A program made the translations under genes and the position numbers. Below are positions 28,191 to 37,556 of a stretch of 64,000 nucleotides of DNA, one piece after another. The DNA is from Gammaproteobacteria bacterium (GTDB lineage Bacteria; Pseudomonadota; Gammaproteobacteria; Thiohalobacterales; Thiohalobacteraceae), in assembly GCA_032907525.1 (NCBI GenBank), contig JAJJPM010000031.1, positions 1,478-65,477 of the forward strand, in the 5' to 3' direction. Below the pieces are notes generated by a model. It ran no database searches and was not told where the DNA came from. It saw nothing but the letters and a program-made list of their open reading frames with translations. How positions within the stretch are numbered: position 1 is the first letter of the stretch; every line of letters starts with the position of its first letter.

Positions 28191-29645
28191 ATGCGCGCAC
28201 GCGGCCGGCTGCCGTGGTTTCTCGCTCTGGATCAGGGCGGGCACTCCACCCGCGCACAGGTCTTCACTGCTGACGGCGAGCTGCTGGCGCAGGCGCGCGC
28301 CGCGGTCGCCACCGCCATGCCGCATCCCGGCTGGGTGGAGCAGGATGCGATCGAGCTTGCTCAGTCGCTCACCGACGTTATCGACGATATCGCCCGCCAA
28401 CTCGGCCGGCGGACAGAACACATCCGGGCCGCCGGCCTTGCGACCCAGCGATCCAATGTGGTGTGCTGGGATCGCGCCAGCGGCACGCCGCTCACGCCCG
28501 TGTTGAGCTGGCAGGATCGGCGCAATGCGCGTTGGCTGGAGACTCTCGCGGCGCAGGCCGAGTCCGTACGCGCGCGCACGGGTCTGCCGCTGTCGCCGCA
28601 CTACGGCGCGAGCAAGCTGCGCTGGTGTCTGGATCATGTCGATGCCGTCGTGCGCGCCCGCCATGGCGGGTGGCTGGCCTGCGGTCCGCTGGCCAGCTAT
28701 CTGATAGCTCGGCTGATCCCGGGCGGGCCGTGCCTCGTCGATCCGGCCAACGCGTCGCGCACCCTGTTGTGGAGCCTCGGCAGTGGCAACTGGGACCCGG
28801 AGCTGCTGCGGTTGTTCGGCATTGCACGCGACTGGCTGCCCGACTGCGTGCCCACCCGCCACGCGTACGGGATGATGGCGATCGGTACCCATGCCGTTCC
28901 GCTTTCCGTCGTCACCGGTGATCAGGCCGCTGCGTTGTACGGCGATGGCCGACCGGAGAGTGCGCAGGTACACGTAAATCTCGGTACCGGCGCGTTCCTG
29001 CAGCGACCCTTGGAGCGGCTTCCGGACGCCGCCGACGGCCTGCTGCGCGGTCCGGTGTATTGCGACGCCACGCGGTGCGACTACGTGGTGGAAGGGACTG
29101 TCAACGGCGCGGGCGTTGCATTGGACTGGGCGCGCGATGAGCTCGGGCTGACGGACATCGAGCGACGGTTGCCGCGCTGGCTGCAGCGCGAGGGTGAGAT
29201 TCCCGTGTTCCTGAACGGCATCGCGGGACTTGGCTCGCCCTGGTGGATCGGCCATTTCCCGAGCCGGTTCGTCGGCGCGGGCGAGCCCTGGGCGCAGGGC
29301 GTGGCCGTCGCGGAGAGCATTGTGTTCATGTTGTGGGAGAACCTTGCCCGCATGCGGCGGCTGCAGCCCGGTATCGACGCCATCCGGATCAGTGGCGGTC
29401 TGGCTGCGCTGGACGGACTCTGTCAGCGGCTGGCCGATCTCAGCGGGTTGCCGGTGTTGCGCTGCGTCGAGCGCGAGGCGACGCTGCGCGGCGTGGCCTT
29501 CCTCCTGGCGCAGGCGTCCGGCGAAATCTGGAACCGCAGTTGTTCCGAGCGTTTCGAGCCAACATCCAATGCCACCCTCCAGCGGCGCTGGCAGCGCTGG
29601 CAGGAAGCGATGCGGGGCGCGATCAGCGGGGCCCACGGACAGTAA
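28191..29645 (+). CDS. FGGY-family carbohydrate kinase (glycerol kinase-like)
   Basis: FLALDQGGHSTRAQVF...HPGWVEQDA N-terminal motif of the FGGY kinases. The ATG at 28191 avoids overlap with the upstream gene (ORF opens at 28149). Confidence 0.82.
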   Translation: MRARGRLPWFLALDQGGHSTRAQVFTADGELLAQARAAVATAMPHPGWVEQDAIELAQSLTDVIDDIARQLGRRTEHIRAAGLATQRSNVVCWDRASGTPLTPVLSWQDRRNARWLETLAAQAESVRARTGLPLSPHYGASKLRWCLDHVDAVVRARHGGWLACGPLASYLIARLIPGGPCLVDPANASRTLLWSLGSGNWDPELLRLFGIARDWLPDCVPTRHAYGMMAIGTHAVPLSVVTGDQAAALYGDGRPESAQVHVNLGTGAFLQRPLERLPDAADGLLRGPVYCDATRCDYVVEGTVNGAGVALDWARDELGLTDIERRLPRWLQREGEIPVFLNGIAGLGSPWWIGHFPSRFVGAGEPWAQGVAVAESIVFMLWENLARMRRLQPGIDAIRISGGLAALDGLCQRLADLSGLPVLRCVEREATLRGVAFLLAQASGEIWNRSCSERFEPTSNATLQRRWQRWQEAMRGAISGAHGQ

Positions 29646-29713
29646 GCGACAGTCGACCTGGTTCCGGGTGGGCCGCTACACTGGTGCACATCGTGCCCGA
29701 GCCGCAGAGTCCG

Positions 29714-30484
29714 ATGTCCGTTCCGCCGCCGCCATCCGCAGCACCGCCCCGTCTGGTCGCCCATCGCGGCTATGCGCGGCGCTTCCCCGAGAACACCCTG
29801 TTGGCGTTGCGTGAGGCCGTGGCGGCCGGCGCGCGCTATCTGGAGTTCGATGTGCAGCTGAGTGCCGACCGTGTGCCCGTGCTGCTGCATGACGCGGATC
29901 TCGCGCGCACCGGCGGCGCTCCGGGCCGTGTGTTCGATCTGTCGGCTGCCGCGCTGCGGCAGCGTGCGGTGGGCGAGCCCACCCGTTTCGGCGATCGCTT
30001 CCGGGACGAGGCGGTCCCCGCGCTCGCCGAGGTGGCCGCATGGCTTGCGACCGTACCGAGGGTGGTCGCCTTTGTCGAGGTCAAGGGTGAGAGCCTCCGG
30101 CATTTCGGCATCGAGGTGGTGCACGCGGCCATATGGAAGGCGCTGGAGCCGGCGCGCGCCCAATCGGTGTTGATCGCCTGCGATGATGCCTTTCTGTTCG
30201 CCGCGCGCCTGGCGGCACCGGTTCGAATCGGTTGGATCGTCGCCGCCTGGGATGCGGAGCACGAGCGCCGCGCGCGGGCCCTTGCGCCGGATTATCTGAT
30301 CATCAACCGGACGCGCCTGCCGTCGACGGCGCTATGGACGGGGCCTTGGGAGTGGATGGCCTACGAGGCCGATGATGCCGATCAGGCCGTCGCACTCGGC
30401 CGACGGGGGATCGGCTTCGTCGAGACCATGGCCATCGGCGAGCTGCTGGGTGATTCGCGTCTTGCCGGCAATGAGCTCGCCTGA
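29714..30484 (+). CDS. Glycerophosphodiester phosphodiesterase family protein
   Basis: In-frame ATG. VAHRGYARRFPENTLLALREAV...YLEFDVQLSADRVPVLLHD is the GDPD signature. Confidence 0.85.
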   Translation: MSVPPPPSAAPPRLVAHRGYARRFPENTLLALREAVAAGARYLEFDVQLSADRVPVLLHDADLARTGGAPGRVFDLSAAALRQRAVGEPTRFGDRFRDEAVPALAEVAAWLATVPRVVAFVEVKGESLRHFGIEVVHAAIWKALEPARAQSVLIACDDAFLFAARLAAPVRIGWIVAAWDAEHERRARALAPDYLIINRTRLPSTALWTGPWEWMAYEADDADQAVALGRRGIGFVETMAIGELLGDSRLAGNELA

Positions 30485-31685
30485 CGTCGATGTGGTGGTG
30501 GTCGGAGCCGGCATCCACGGCGCCGGCGTTGCCCAGGCCGCGGCCGCAGCCGGCTACGGTGTGCTGATCCTGGAGCAGGCGGACATCGCCAGCGGTACCT
30601 CCGGTCGTTCCAGCAAACTCATCCACGGTGGTCTGCGCTACCTGGAGACAGGACAGTTCCGTCTGGTCCGCGAGTGTCTGCGCGAGCGCGCGCTGCTGCT
30701 GCGCAATGCGCCCGGCCTGGTTCGCCTGGTGCCGCACCACATCCCCGTCTACCGCGAGACACGCCGTCGGCCGGCGTTTCTGAGAGCGGGCCTGGGTCTT
30801 TACGCCCTGTTGGGCGGGCTCGGCCCGGAGGTGCGTTTCCGCTCCCTGCCGCGCAACGACTGGCCGACGCTCGATGGCCTGCGCCAGTCGGGCTTGCAGG
30901 CGGTCTTCCGGTATTTCGATGCCCAGACCGATGACGCGGAACTGACCCGTGCGGTCGTGCGTTCCGCCGAGACCTTGGGTGCCCGCCTGCTGATGCCGGC
31001 GAGGCTGCTCGATGCCGTCGCGGATCACGCGTCCGTACACGTGCGTTACCGTGATGCCTCGGGTGTATCCCGGCTGCGTTGCGCAGTGTTGATCAACGCC
31101 GCCGGGCCCTGGGTTGATGCCGTATTGAAATCCATCGAACCGGCCACGTCGGGCCCGGCTATGGAATGGGTCGCGGGTTCGCATATCGTGCTGCCGCACC
31201 GTCTGACGCGGGGGGTCTACTATACGGAGGCGCCGCGCGACGGTCGCGCCGTGTTCGTCATGCCGTGGCGTGACGGCCTGACGCTGGTCGGCACCACCGA
31301 GCGCCGCTATCAGGGCGACCCCGCAGCGGTCGCGCCGAGTGCCGACGAGGTCGCCTACCTGCTCGAGACGGTGTGCCACTACTTTCCCGGGTACACGCGA
31401 CTGGAGCCTGTCGAGGCGTTTGCCGGGCTGCGGACGTTGCCCGCGGACGGAGGCTCCGCTTTCACGCGTTCGCGCGATACGCGGCTGAATCTCTCACATC
31501 ATGGCCGTGTACTGTCCATTTACGGCGGCAAGCTGACGGCTTACCGTGCCACCGCGGCACGTGCGCTGGCACGGGTACGGGATATCCTGCCTGAACGTGA
31601 GGTGCGTGCCGACACGGCCCGCATACCTTTGCGTGATGCCGCTTCGGACGGGATGCCCGGGCAGGGCCCGGGCGCGGAAGGCTGA
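30471..31685 (+). CDS. FAD-dependent glycerol-3-phosphate dehydrogenase/oxidase-like oxidoreductase
   Basis: DVVVVGAGIHGAGVA dinucleotide fold followed by GTSGRSSKLIHGGLRYLE, typical of GlpD. Overlaps the GDPD gene by 14 nt. Confidence 0.82.
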   Translation: MSSPDVDVVVVGAGIHGAGVAQAAAAAGYGVLILEQADIASGTSGRSSKLIHGGLRYLETGQFRLVRECLRERALLLRNAPGLVRLVPHHIPVYRETRRRPAFLRAGLGLYALLGGLGPEVRFRSLPRNDWPTLDGLRQSGLQAVFRYFDAQTDDAELTRAVVRSAETLGARLLMPARLLDAVADHASVHVRYRDASGVSRLRCAVLINAAGPWVDAVLKSIEPATSGPAMEWVAGSHIVLPHRLTRGVYYTEAPRDGRAVFVMPWRDGLTLVGTTERRYQGDPAAVAPSADEVAYLLETVCHYFPGYTRLEPVEAFAGLRTLPADGGSAFTRSRDTRLNLSHHGRVLSIYGGKLTAYRATAARALARVRDILPEREVRADTARIPLRDAASDGMPGQGPGAEG

Positions 31686-31986
31686 GGTTCCTCCGGGGCG
31701 TCGTTTCTGATTTTCCGACAGTGAACTCTCCGTGGCTCGGTGCGCGACAAGCTGCTGAATTGGGGCGGGATTGCGCCGCCGTCACCGCCGTCGGCCGGGC
31801 CTTCGCCGTCGGCAACTCTGACACTTTTTCCGGATCGATGAAGGCGAAACCTGTAACTGACTGATATGTCTATTCAATTTCGTCGATGGCGTGCGCATGA
31901 TTATTGCGTGCGGATGTCGTCCGCAGCTCGAAGTATCCAGCTGTGTCGCGCGATATCCACGGTCAATCCATGCGCAAGGAGGGTCT

Positions 31987-32502
31987 ATGTCTGGAATCGC
32001 ATTGTTTCGCGTTCTGGTGCTGCTGGTCTGCGGCCTCGGTCCGGCCGGCGCGTCGGCAGTCACGATCAACCTGTTCGCATCTCTCAGCGGTGCTCAGGAG
32101 GTGCCGTCCAACCCGAGTCCGGGAAGCGGCACGGCAACGGTCACATTCGACGATGTGACGAATATGCTGGATTGGAACGTCACCTTCAGTGATCTCTCGG
32201 GTGCCGCGACGGCGGCCCATTTCCACGGCCCTGCGCCAGCCGGGGCAAATGCGGGTGTTCAGGTCGATATCGGCGCCATCAGCGGGTTGAACAGCCCCAT
32301 GGTCGGCTCCACAGCCATCACGGCAGGGCAGGCGGCGGATCTGCTGGCAGGTCTGTGGTACATCAATATCCACACGGCCATGTATCCGGGTGGTGAGATC
32401 CGCGGCCAGGTCCAGGTCGTGCCGCTGCCGGCGACCGCTTGGCTGTTCCTGGGCGGACTGGCGGGCCTGTTCGGGTGGAACAGGTTTGGAAAGGAGAGAT
32501 AG
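31987..32502 (+). CDS. CHRD-domain protein with PEP-CTERM anchor
   Basis: Signal peptide. CHRD hallmarks (LSGAQEVPSNPSPGSGTATVTFD ... AAHFHGPAPAGANAGV ... YINIHTAMYPGGEIRGQV). C-terminus VPLPATAWLFLGGLAGLFGWNRFGKER. Confidence 0.82.
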   Translation: MSGIALFRVLVLLVCGLGPAGASAVTINLFASLSGAQEVPSNPSPGSGTATVTFDDVTNMLDWNVTFSDLSGAATAAHFHGPAPAGANAGVQVDIGAISGLNSPMVGSTAITAGQAADLLAGLWYINIHTAMYPGGEIRGQVQVVPLPATAWLFLGGLAGLFGWNRFGKER

Positions 32503-32597
32503 CGTCGACATGCAGCGGGACTCCCCGCCGCATCGTGTTCGATGGATGCGGGTTCCGTGGGCGGGATGGCCGCAGAAGCCCCTGCGGCCATCCCGTA

Positions 32598-32996
32598 TCA
32601 TTTCCGCGGGCTGAAGGCCAACGCCGCCGAATTGATGCAATAACGCAGACCCGTCGGTTGCGGGCCATCAGGAAACACGTGCCCGAGGTGGGCGTCGCAA
32701 CGCCTGCAGCGCACCTCGGTGCGGATCATGCCATGGCTGGTATCGCGCAACTCGTCGATGGCGGCATCGGGTGCCGGGCGATAGAAGCTCGGCCAGCCGC
32801 AGCCGGAATCGAATTTGTGATCGGAGATGAACAGCGGCGCGCCGCAGCAGACACAGCGGTATTCGCCGTCGGCACGCAGATCGTAATATTCGCCCGTGAA
32901 CGGACGTTCCGTGCCTGCGCGCCGGGTGACCTGATATTGCTCGGGCGTCAGTTGCTCACGCCATTCGACGTCCGATTTCTCGATCTTGTCGCTCAT
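32598..32996 (-). CDS. msrB: Peptide-methionine (R)-S-oxide reductase
   Basis: 132 aa. [17 protein letters not shown] and [17 protein letters not shown] motifs. Confidence 0.93.
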   Translation of the reverse strand: MSDKIEKSDVEWREQLTPEQYQVTRRAGTERPFTGEYYDLRADGEYRCVCCGAPLFISDHKFDSGCGWPSFYRPAPDAAIDELRDTSHGMIRTEVRCRRCDAHLGHVFPDGPQPTGLRYCINSAALAFSPRK

Positions 32997-33008
32997 GCGC
33001 CCCCCGGG

Positions 33009-33048
33009 AGCCTGTCGGACTTGGGACTGATCTGTTGCGCCGACGGGA
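33009..33048. repeat. Partial (one-armed) copy of the 8586..8754 hairpin element
   Basis: AGCCTGTCGGACTTGGGACTGATCTGTTGCGCCGACGGGA differs at about 5 of 40 positions from the left arm at 8590..8629. No matching right terminal repeat found. Confidence 0.6.
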
Positions 33049-33186
33049 TAGCGGCCCGCCGTCCGGATTCCCCGTGCCGCTGTGTCGCGTTCCGATTATG
33101 CGACCGTGGGAGGTCGGACTCCAAACCTGCGGACGATGTGCCTTTTCCGCTTGCCTTCGCGGCCGCGCCCTCGCTAACCTGCCGCC

Positions 33187-33603
33187 ATGCCCGACACCCC
33201 GCAGCTTCCCCAGATCCCTGACGATGCCCTGGAGTGGCGTGCCATACGCTCTCCCGGTCCCGGCGGCCAGAACGTCAACAAGGTCGCGACAGCCATTCAA
33301 TTGCGGGTGCATCTGGGCAGGGCCGGACTGGCGCCGGCGGTGCGATCGCGCCTGGAAAAGCTGGCCGGCCGGCGCGTGACCGGCGAAGGCGTGCTCCTGA
33401 TCGAGGCCAACCGTTTCCGCAGCCAGGAGCGCAACCGCGCCGACGCCCGGGAGCGCTTCGAAGCCCTGCTGGCCAGGGCGCTGATCCGGCCCAAGCGGCG
33501 CATCGCGACCCGCGTGCCGGCCGGCGAACGTCAGCAGCGCATGGACGAGAAGCGCCGGCGCGGCGCCACCAAGCGCCTGCGTGGGCGGACACCGGAGGAC
33601 TGA
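33187..33603 (+). CDS. arfB: Alternative ribosome-rescue factor ArfB (peptidyl-tRNA hydrolase, YaeJ)
   Basis: 138 aa. GPGGQNVNKVATAIQLR GGQ motif and a basic C-terminal tail. Confidence 0.9.
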   Translation: MPDTPQLPQIPDDALEWRAIRSPGPGGQNVNKVATAIQLRVHLGRAGLAPAVRSRLEKLAGRRVTGEGVLLIEANRFRSQERNRADARERFEALLARALIRPKRRIATRVPAGERQQRMDEKRRRGATKRLRGRTPED

Positions 33604-33819
33604 CGCCGGAAGCCGTTGACCACGGAAATTTCCGATAAAGCGGTTTTCGCCGCCAGAATCGCGAACGGACACGGAAGGGACGGACGGGTTCCGGCGCACC
33701 ACGCCGTGTCGTCCCCCGGCCGATGTCCGCAGACCGGCTTCGCGCTCCTGTCCCAGCCAAAGATTACCTCTTTGTGGCCGATGTACACGTCGGTGTGATG
33801 CTTAGAAGGACGCCGGGCA

Positions 33820-34629
33820 ATGGCCACCAGGCCGCGACAGAAGACGGGTTCGTTCCGCACGTTACGCATTGCGGTGCTGCTGCTGGTGCTGCTGGCCGTG
33901 GCTGGCGATGCCTGGCTCACACGCCTGCGCAGCACCGACTGGGACGAGCCCTTGTGGGTCAGCGTGTACCCGATCAACGGTGACGGAAGCGAGGCCACCG
34001 ACCACTACATCGCGACGCTGTCCGACGGGAGTTTCGAGCCCGTGGAAGCGTTTCTGGCACGCGAGGCGGCGCGTTACGGTCTTGCGGTCCGCGAACCGGT
34101 CCAGGTACGCCTGGCACCCGCAGTACGCGAGCGTCCTCCCGTCCCCCCCGCCAACGGTCGGCGTCTGGCGATCATGGCCTGGAGCCTCGAGATGCGCTAT
34201 TGGGCCTGGCGTATCGCGCGCGAATACGGCGGTCCGCCCAGCAACATCCGGATGTTCGTTCAGTATTTCGATCCCGAGCGTACTGATCGCGTGGCCCATT
34301 CCCTCGGTCTGCAGAAAGGGCTGATCGGCGTGGTTAACGCCTTCGCCTCGCGCAAGCTGGCGGGACAGAACAATGTGGTGATCGCCCACGAATTGCTGCA
34401 CACCGTCGGCGCGAGCGACAAATACGACCCGGCCAGCAGCCAGCCGCTCTATCCGCAGGGTTTCGCCGACCGCGAGCGCACACCCTTGTATCCGCAGACG
34501 CACGCCGAGATCATGGGCGGCCGCATACCGGTTTCCGCACAGGAGTCGGCGCTGCCCATGACCCTGAACAAAGTCATCGTCGGCCCCGAGACCGCCCTGG
34601 AGATCAACTGGGTGCGCCCCGCTTCGTAG
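33820..34629 (+). CDS. Membrane-anchored hypothetical protein with HExxH motif
   Basis: 269 aa. N-terminal TM helix IAVLLLVLLAVAG. Motif VIAHELLHTVGASDKYD. Family not recognised. Confidence 0.65.
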   Translation: MATRPRQKTGSFRTLRIAVLLLVLLAVAGDAWLTRLRSTDWDEPLWVSVYPINGDGSEATDHYIATLSDGSFEPVEAFLAREAARYGLAVREPVQVRLAPAVRERPPVPPANGRRLAIMAWSLEMRYWAWRIAREYGGPPSNIRMFVQYFDPERTDRVAHSLGLQKGLIGVVNAFASRKLAGQNNVVIAHELLHTVGASDKYDPASSQPLYPQGFADRERTPLYPQTHAEIMGGRIPVSAQESALPMTLNKVIVGPETALEINWVRPAS

Positions 34630-34741
34630 CGCCGCGGGGACTGTCGCCGCCCCGGACGAAACGGTACGGTCGGCCGCGGTTAAAGTCGATCGCCGGTCGC
34701 GCTACAATGCGCGCGTCCGGCAGACGTAGACTCAGCGAATC

Positions 34742-35128
34742 ATGGCCAACAGTCCACCCATCCTGCTGTCCATCGTCGAACTCGGCGGCTATCCGAATTT
34801 TGCGCCCCTATACGAGCGGCTGGGCTGCCGTGTGATCATCGAGACGTCCATGCGGAAGGCGTTGGCCGCGGTCAAACAGTGGCAGCCCGATATCGTAGTT
34901 GCGGAATTCAACTTCCAGTCGGATTTCCGCGACCGTACCAGCAGCCTGGAATCCCTTATGTCAGTGCTGCAGCGGCTGCCGGCGACACGGGTGATCGTGT
35001 TCTACGAGAGGGAATACGCCCATCAGCTGGCACGACTGCAGGCGCGTTTTCCGCTGTTCCGGGTAATGACCTATCCCATCGACGAGATCGCGCTCGCCGC
35101 GAACGTGCAGGCCGCTCTGGCGATGTGA
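34742..35128 (+). CDS. Stand-alone degenerate receiver-like (pseudo-REC) domain protein
   Basis: 128 aa with alternating beta/alpha pattern. PDIVVAEFNF sits where receivers have PDLVLLDLxMP. No output domain. Confidence 0.5.
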   Translation: MANSPPILLSIVELGGYPNFAPLYERLGCRVIIETSMRKALAAVKQWQPDIVVAEFNFQSDFRDRTSSLESLMSVLQRLPATRVIVFYEREYAHQLARLQARFPLFRVMTYPIDEIALAANVQAALAM

Positions 35129-35134
35129 GCGCGG

Positions 35135-35590
35135 TCAGCGCTCGGAATGGCGCGTGCGCGGCTGGAAATGACTGACGTGCTTGACGATGTCCTGGTAGGG
35201 CAGCTGCTCGAGGCTGCCGAAGCGCGCCTGTGCGGTGTTCAGCAGTCCGAAGACGTCGTCGGCGGTTTCGCTGGCGGCGCGTTCCGGGTGCAGCAGCGCC
35301 TGCAGTCCCAGCATGCCGCCGACCTGCACCTTGATCTCCTTGTTGTGCGGCAGCGGTCCGCCGATATGGGTCATCTGCAGGGCGAAGCGTGCGTTGTCCC
35401 GCAGGATGTTCAGCAGCGTCTGGCAGCGCTGCTGGGCGGCATCAGACTTGCAGCCGACCGCCTCGCGGTCGGCGAGCAGGATGCGCTGGGCGCAGCTGCA
35501 GGTCACCTTGCGGGAATTGAGCGCCTTCTCCAGCACGCAGCGGCGTTCATTCACCGTACGGTAGGTTGAGCGGTATTCGTCTTCTTCCAT
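35135..35590 (-). CDS. Conserved hypothetical protein, Cys-rich N-terminal half (151 aa)
   Basis: Internal ATG (MEEDEYRSTYRTVNERRC...). Lies 13 nt downstream of the 79-aa gene on the same strand. Confidence 0.6.
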   Translation of the reverse strand: MEEDEYRSTYRTVNERRCVLEKALNSRKVTCSCAQRILLADREAVGCKSDAAQQRCQTLLNILRDNARFALQMTHIGGPLPHNKEIKVQVGGMLGLQALLHPERAASETADDVFGLLNTAQARFGSLEQLPYQDIVKHVSHFQPRTRHSER

Positions 35591-35603
35591 GTCCGGCCGG
35601 GTG

Positions 35604-35843
35604 CTATTTTTCCCACTCGCGCAGGATCGGGGCCTCGCGGTGTTCCAGGAGTTTCTCTTCGGCTTCGAGCGCGGTGGCCGCGAAGATGACCTTGATGGTG
35701 ACGTCGGTCCCGGTTCCCAGCTCGGCGCGCAGGGCGCGCGCGTGGTTCTTGGCGTCATTGAACTTCTCGAACTGGGTCAGCTGTTCCAGGTTCTTGACCA
35801 TCTGGGTCGGGCCTGGCGTGATCTTGTAGATGAAATAGGGCAT
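35604..35843 (-). CDS. Small conserved hypothetical protein (79 aa)
   Basis: ATG preceded by an AGAGGA RBS at 8-nt spacing. MPYFIYKITPGPTQMVKNLEQLTQFEKFNDAKNHARALR. Confidence 0.65.
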   Translation of the reverse strand: MPYFIYKITPGPTQMVKNLEQLTQFEKFNDAKNHARALRAELGTGTDVTIKVIFAATALEAEEKLLEHREAPILREWEK

Positions 35844-36130
35844 GTGCTGCATCCTCTGCGGAATCGGTGCGGCGCAGGGACGGGCGCCGTGCTGGTTGTC
35901 GATTATCCGGGCATCCGTGCACCCAAGTCCAGAATCCCCGGTCGGCTGCCGGGAAGGACGGCGGGCTTTCCGAACGGGGTATGGCCGCAGGTGCATTTTT
36001 GCGTTCCCATTTCGCGAGGCGACCGTCGGCATGATCATCACTGGGCCAGGATGCGGCGGGAGATGCCGATGGACGCCGCGCCGACGGTTCGACCACGGTC
36101 GTCCGTCGCCAGGTATAGAGGATCCAAATT

Positions 36131-36472
36131 ATGCTGAACAAGCCCGATATCAAACGCGCCATTCCCCGGCGCCGCTACAAGTTCGGTGAATTCATGGTGG
36201 TGGTGCTCGGTGAGATCGAGAGCGGTGACGCGGTGATCTACAGCTATATCATGGCCGTGGTGCGCGAGGGTGATGCCGAGCCGGGCATCTATGTCACCTG
36301 CGAGCGGGGGCGCCCTCCGGCATGCCGGCTACGGGTGGTGATGCGCGACGGGGCGCAGGTGGTGGCCGAGGATGCAGGATACCGGGACGAGGATGTCTTC
36401 ACCGGCGCCGGGCTGGAGATCGTGCGCCAGATCCTGAACCTGGGCGACGAAGAACCCTACCGCCTGATGTGA
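36131..36472 (+). CDS. Hypothetical protein (113 aa)
   Basis: ATG with an AGAGGA RBS and coding-like composition. No family recognised. Confidence 0.55.
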   Translation: MLNKPDIKRAIPRRRYKFGEFMVVVLGEIESGDAVIYSYIMAVVREGDAEPGIYVTCERGRPPACRLRVVMRDGAQVVAEDAGYRDEDVFTGAGLEIVRQILNLGDEEPYRLM

Positions 36473-36518
36473 CGGGGCGCCGGCGCCGGAACCGCGGTGC
36501 GCCGCCCGAGGAGCGATC

Positions 36519-37535
36519 GTGACAGCCAAGGTCAAGTTGCTGCCCAGCGGGCACGAGTTCTCGGTCGAGCCGGGAGAGAACCTGCTCGACGCCGCGCTGC
36601 GCGCCGGACTGTCGATCCGCTACAGCTGCAACAGCGGCAGTTGCGGCGAATGCCGCGCCCGTCTGGTGTCCGGGGAACTCGGCGATGCGCTGCATCATGA
36701 CTACGCATTCAACGAACGCGAGCGTGCGGACGGCCAGTTTCTGATGTGTCGCACCTCGGCGGCCTCTGATCTGGTGATCGAGGCAGTCGAGGCGCGTGGG
36801 GCGGCGGACGTGCCGGTGCAGACCCTCACCACCCAGGTGAACAAGCTGGTGCGCTTGTCCGAGGATGTGATGGAGCTGCATCTGCGCACGCCGCGCAGCC
36901 AGACGCTGTGGTTTCTCGCCGGCCAGCATGTGCGGTTGAACATTCCCGGTATCGCCCCGCGCCACAAGTCCATCGCCAGTTGCCCGTGCAACGGGATGGT
37001 GCTGCAGTTCCATGTGCGGCGCCGGCCGGGCGACCCCTTTTCCGATCACGTGTTCACGCGCATGAAGGTGCGTGACACGATCGGCGTCGAGGGACCGTTC
37101 GGAAGCTTCGTGCTGGACGAGGAGTCGACGCGGCCGCTCATCTTCATCGCCTTCGAGACCGGCTTCGCACCCATCAAGAGCCTCATCGAGCATGCCATCT
37201 CGCTGGAGATGCGTCAGCCCATACGGCTCTATTGGATCACGGCCGGAGCCCGGGGCCATTATCTGGAAAATCACTGCCGTGCCTGGCAGGATGCCCTGGA
37301 CGACTTCGGGTTCGCGCCGATCGGCGGCAGCGATGCTCCCGGCGGACGGGGAACCGGTGCGGAACTGGCCATGGAGCGGGCCGTCACCCGGCTGCTGACC
37401 GATTACCCGGATCTCGCCGGGCACGATGTCTACGCCAACGGCCCGGAGGTGCTGTTCGCCGGATTGTCCGCGGCACTGATCGCGCGCGGCCTGCCGCCCG
37501 ACCGGCTGTTCGTCGATCAGGTCCAGCGTTTCTGA
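36519..37535 (+). CDS. 2Fe-2S ferredoxin domain fused to FAD/NAD(P)-binding ferredoxin reductase
   Basis: GTG start with a GAGGAG RBS. CNSGSCGEC...C plant-type 2Fe-2S motif followed by an FNR-like module (RxYS-like HKSIAS, GPFGSF). Confidence 0.82.
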   Translation: MTAKVKLLPSGHEFSVEPGENLLDAALRAGLSIRYSCNSGSCGECRARLVSGELGDALHHDYAFNERERADGQFLMCRTSAASDLVIEAVEARGAADVPVQTLTTQVNKLVRLSEDVMELHLRTPRSQTLWFLAGQHVRLNIPGIAPRHKSIASCPCNGMVLQFHVRRRPGDPFSDHVFTRMKVRDTIGVEGPFGSFVLDEESTRPLIFIAFETGFAPIKSLIEHAISLEMRQPIRLYWITAGARGHYLENHCRAWQDALDDFGFAPIGGSDAPGGRGTGAELAMERAVTRLLTDYPDLAGHDVYANGPEVLFAGLSAALIARGLPPDRLFVDQVQRF

Positions 37536-37556
37536 TCCTGGCGCGCACGCGCCCCG

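Noticed and set aside
28113-29636. Very long ORFs antisense to, or in alternate frames of, recognised genes. Examples: 728..1732-, 19425..20966+, 28113..29636-, 39026..40366-, 41189..42484-, 44781..46670+, 49293..50549+, 58240..59409-, 60150..61589-.
   Set aside because: Their products are Arg/Pro/Gly/Ala-rich low-complexity strings with no motifs. Each overlaps a gene with clear family signatures on the other strand or frame. This is the expected stop-codon-poor artefact of about 65% GC DNA.
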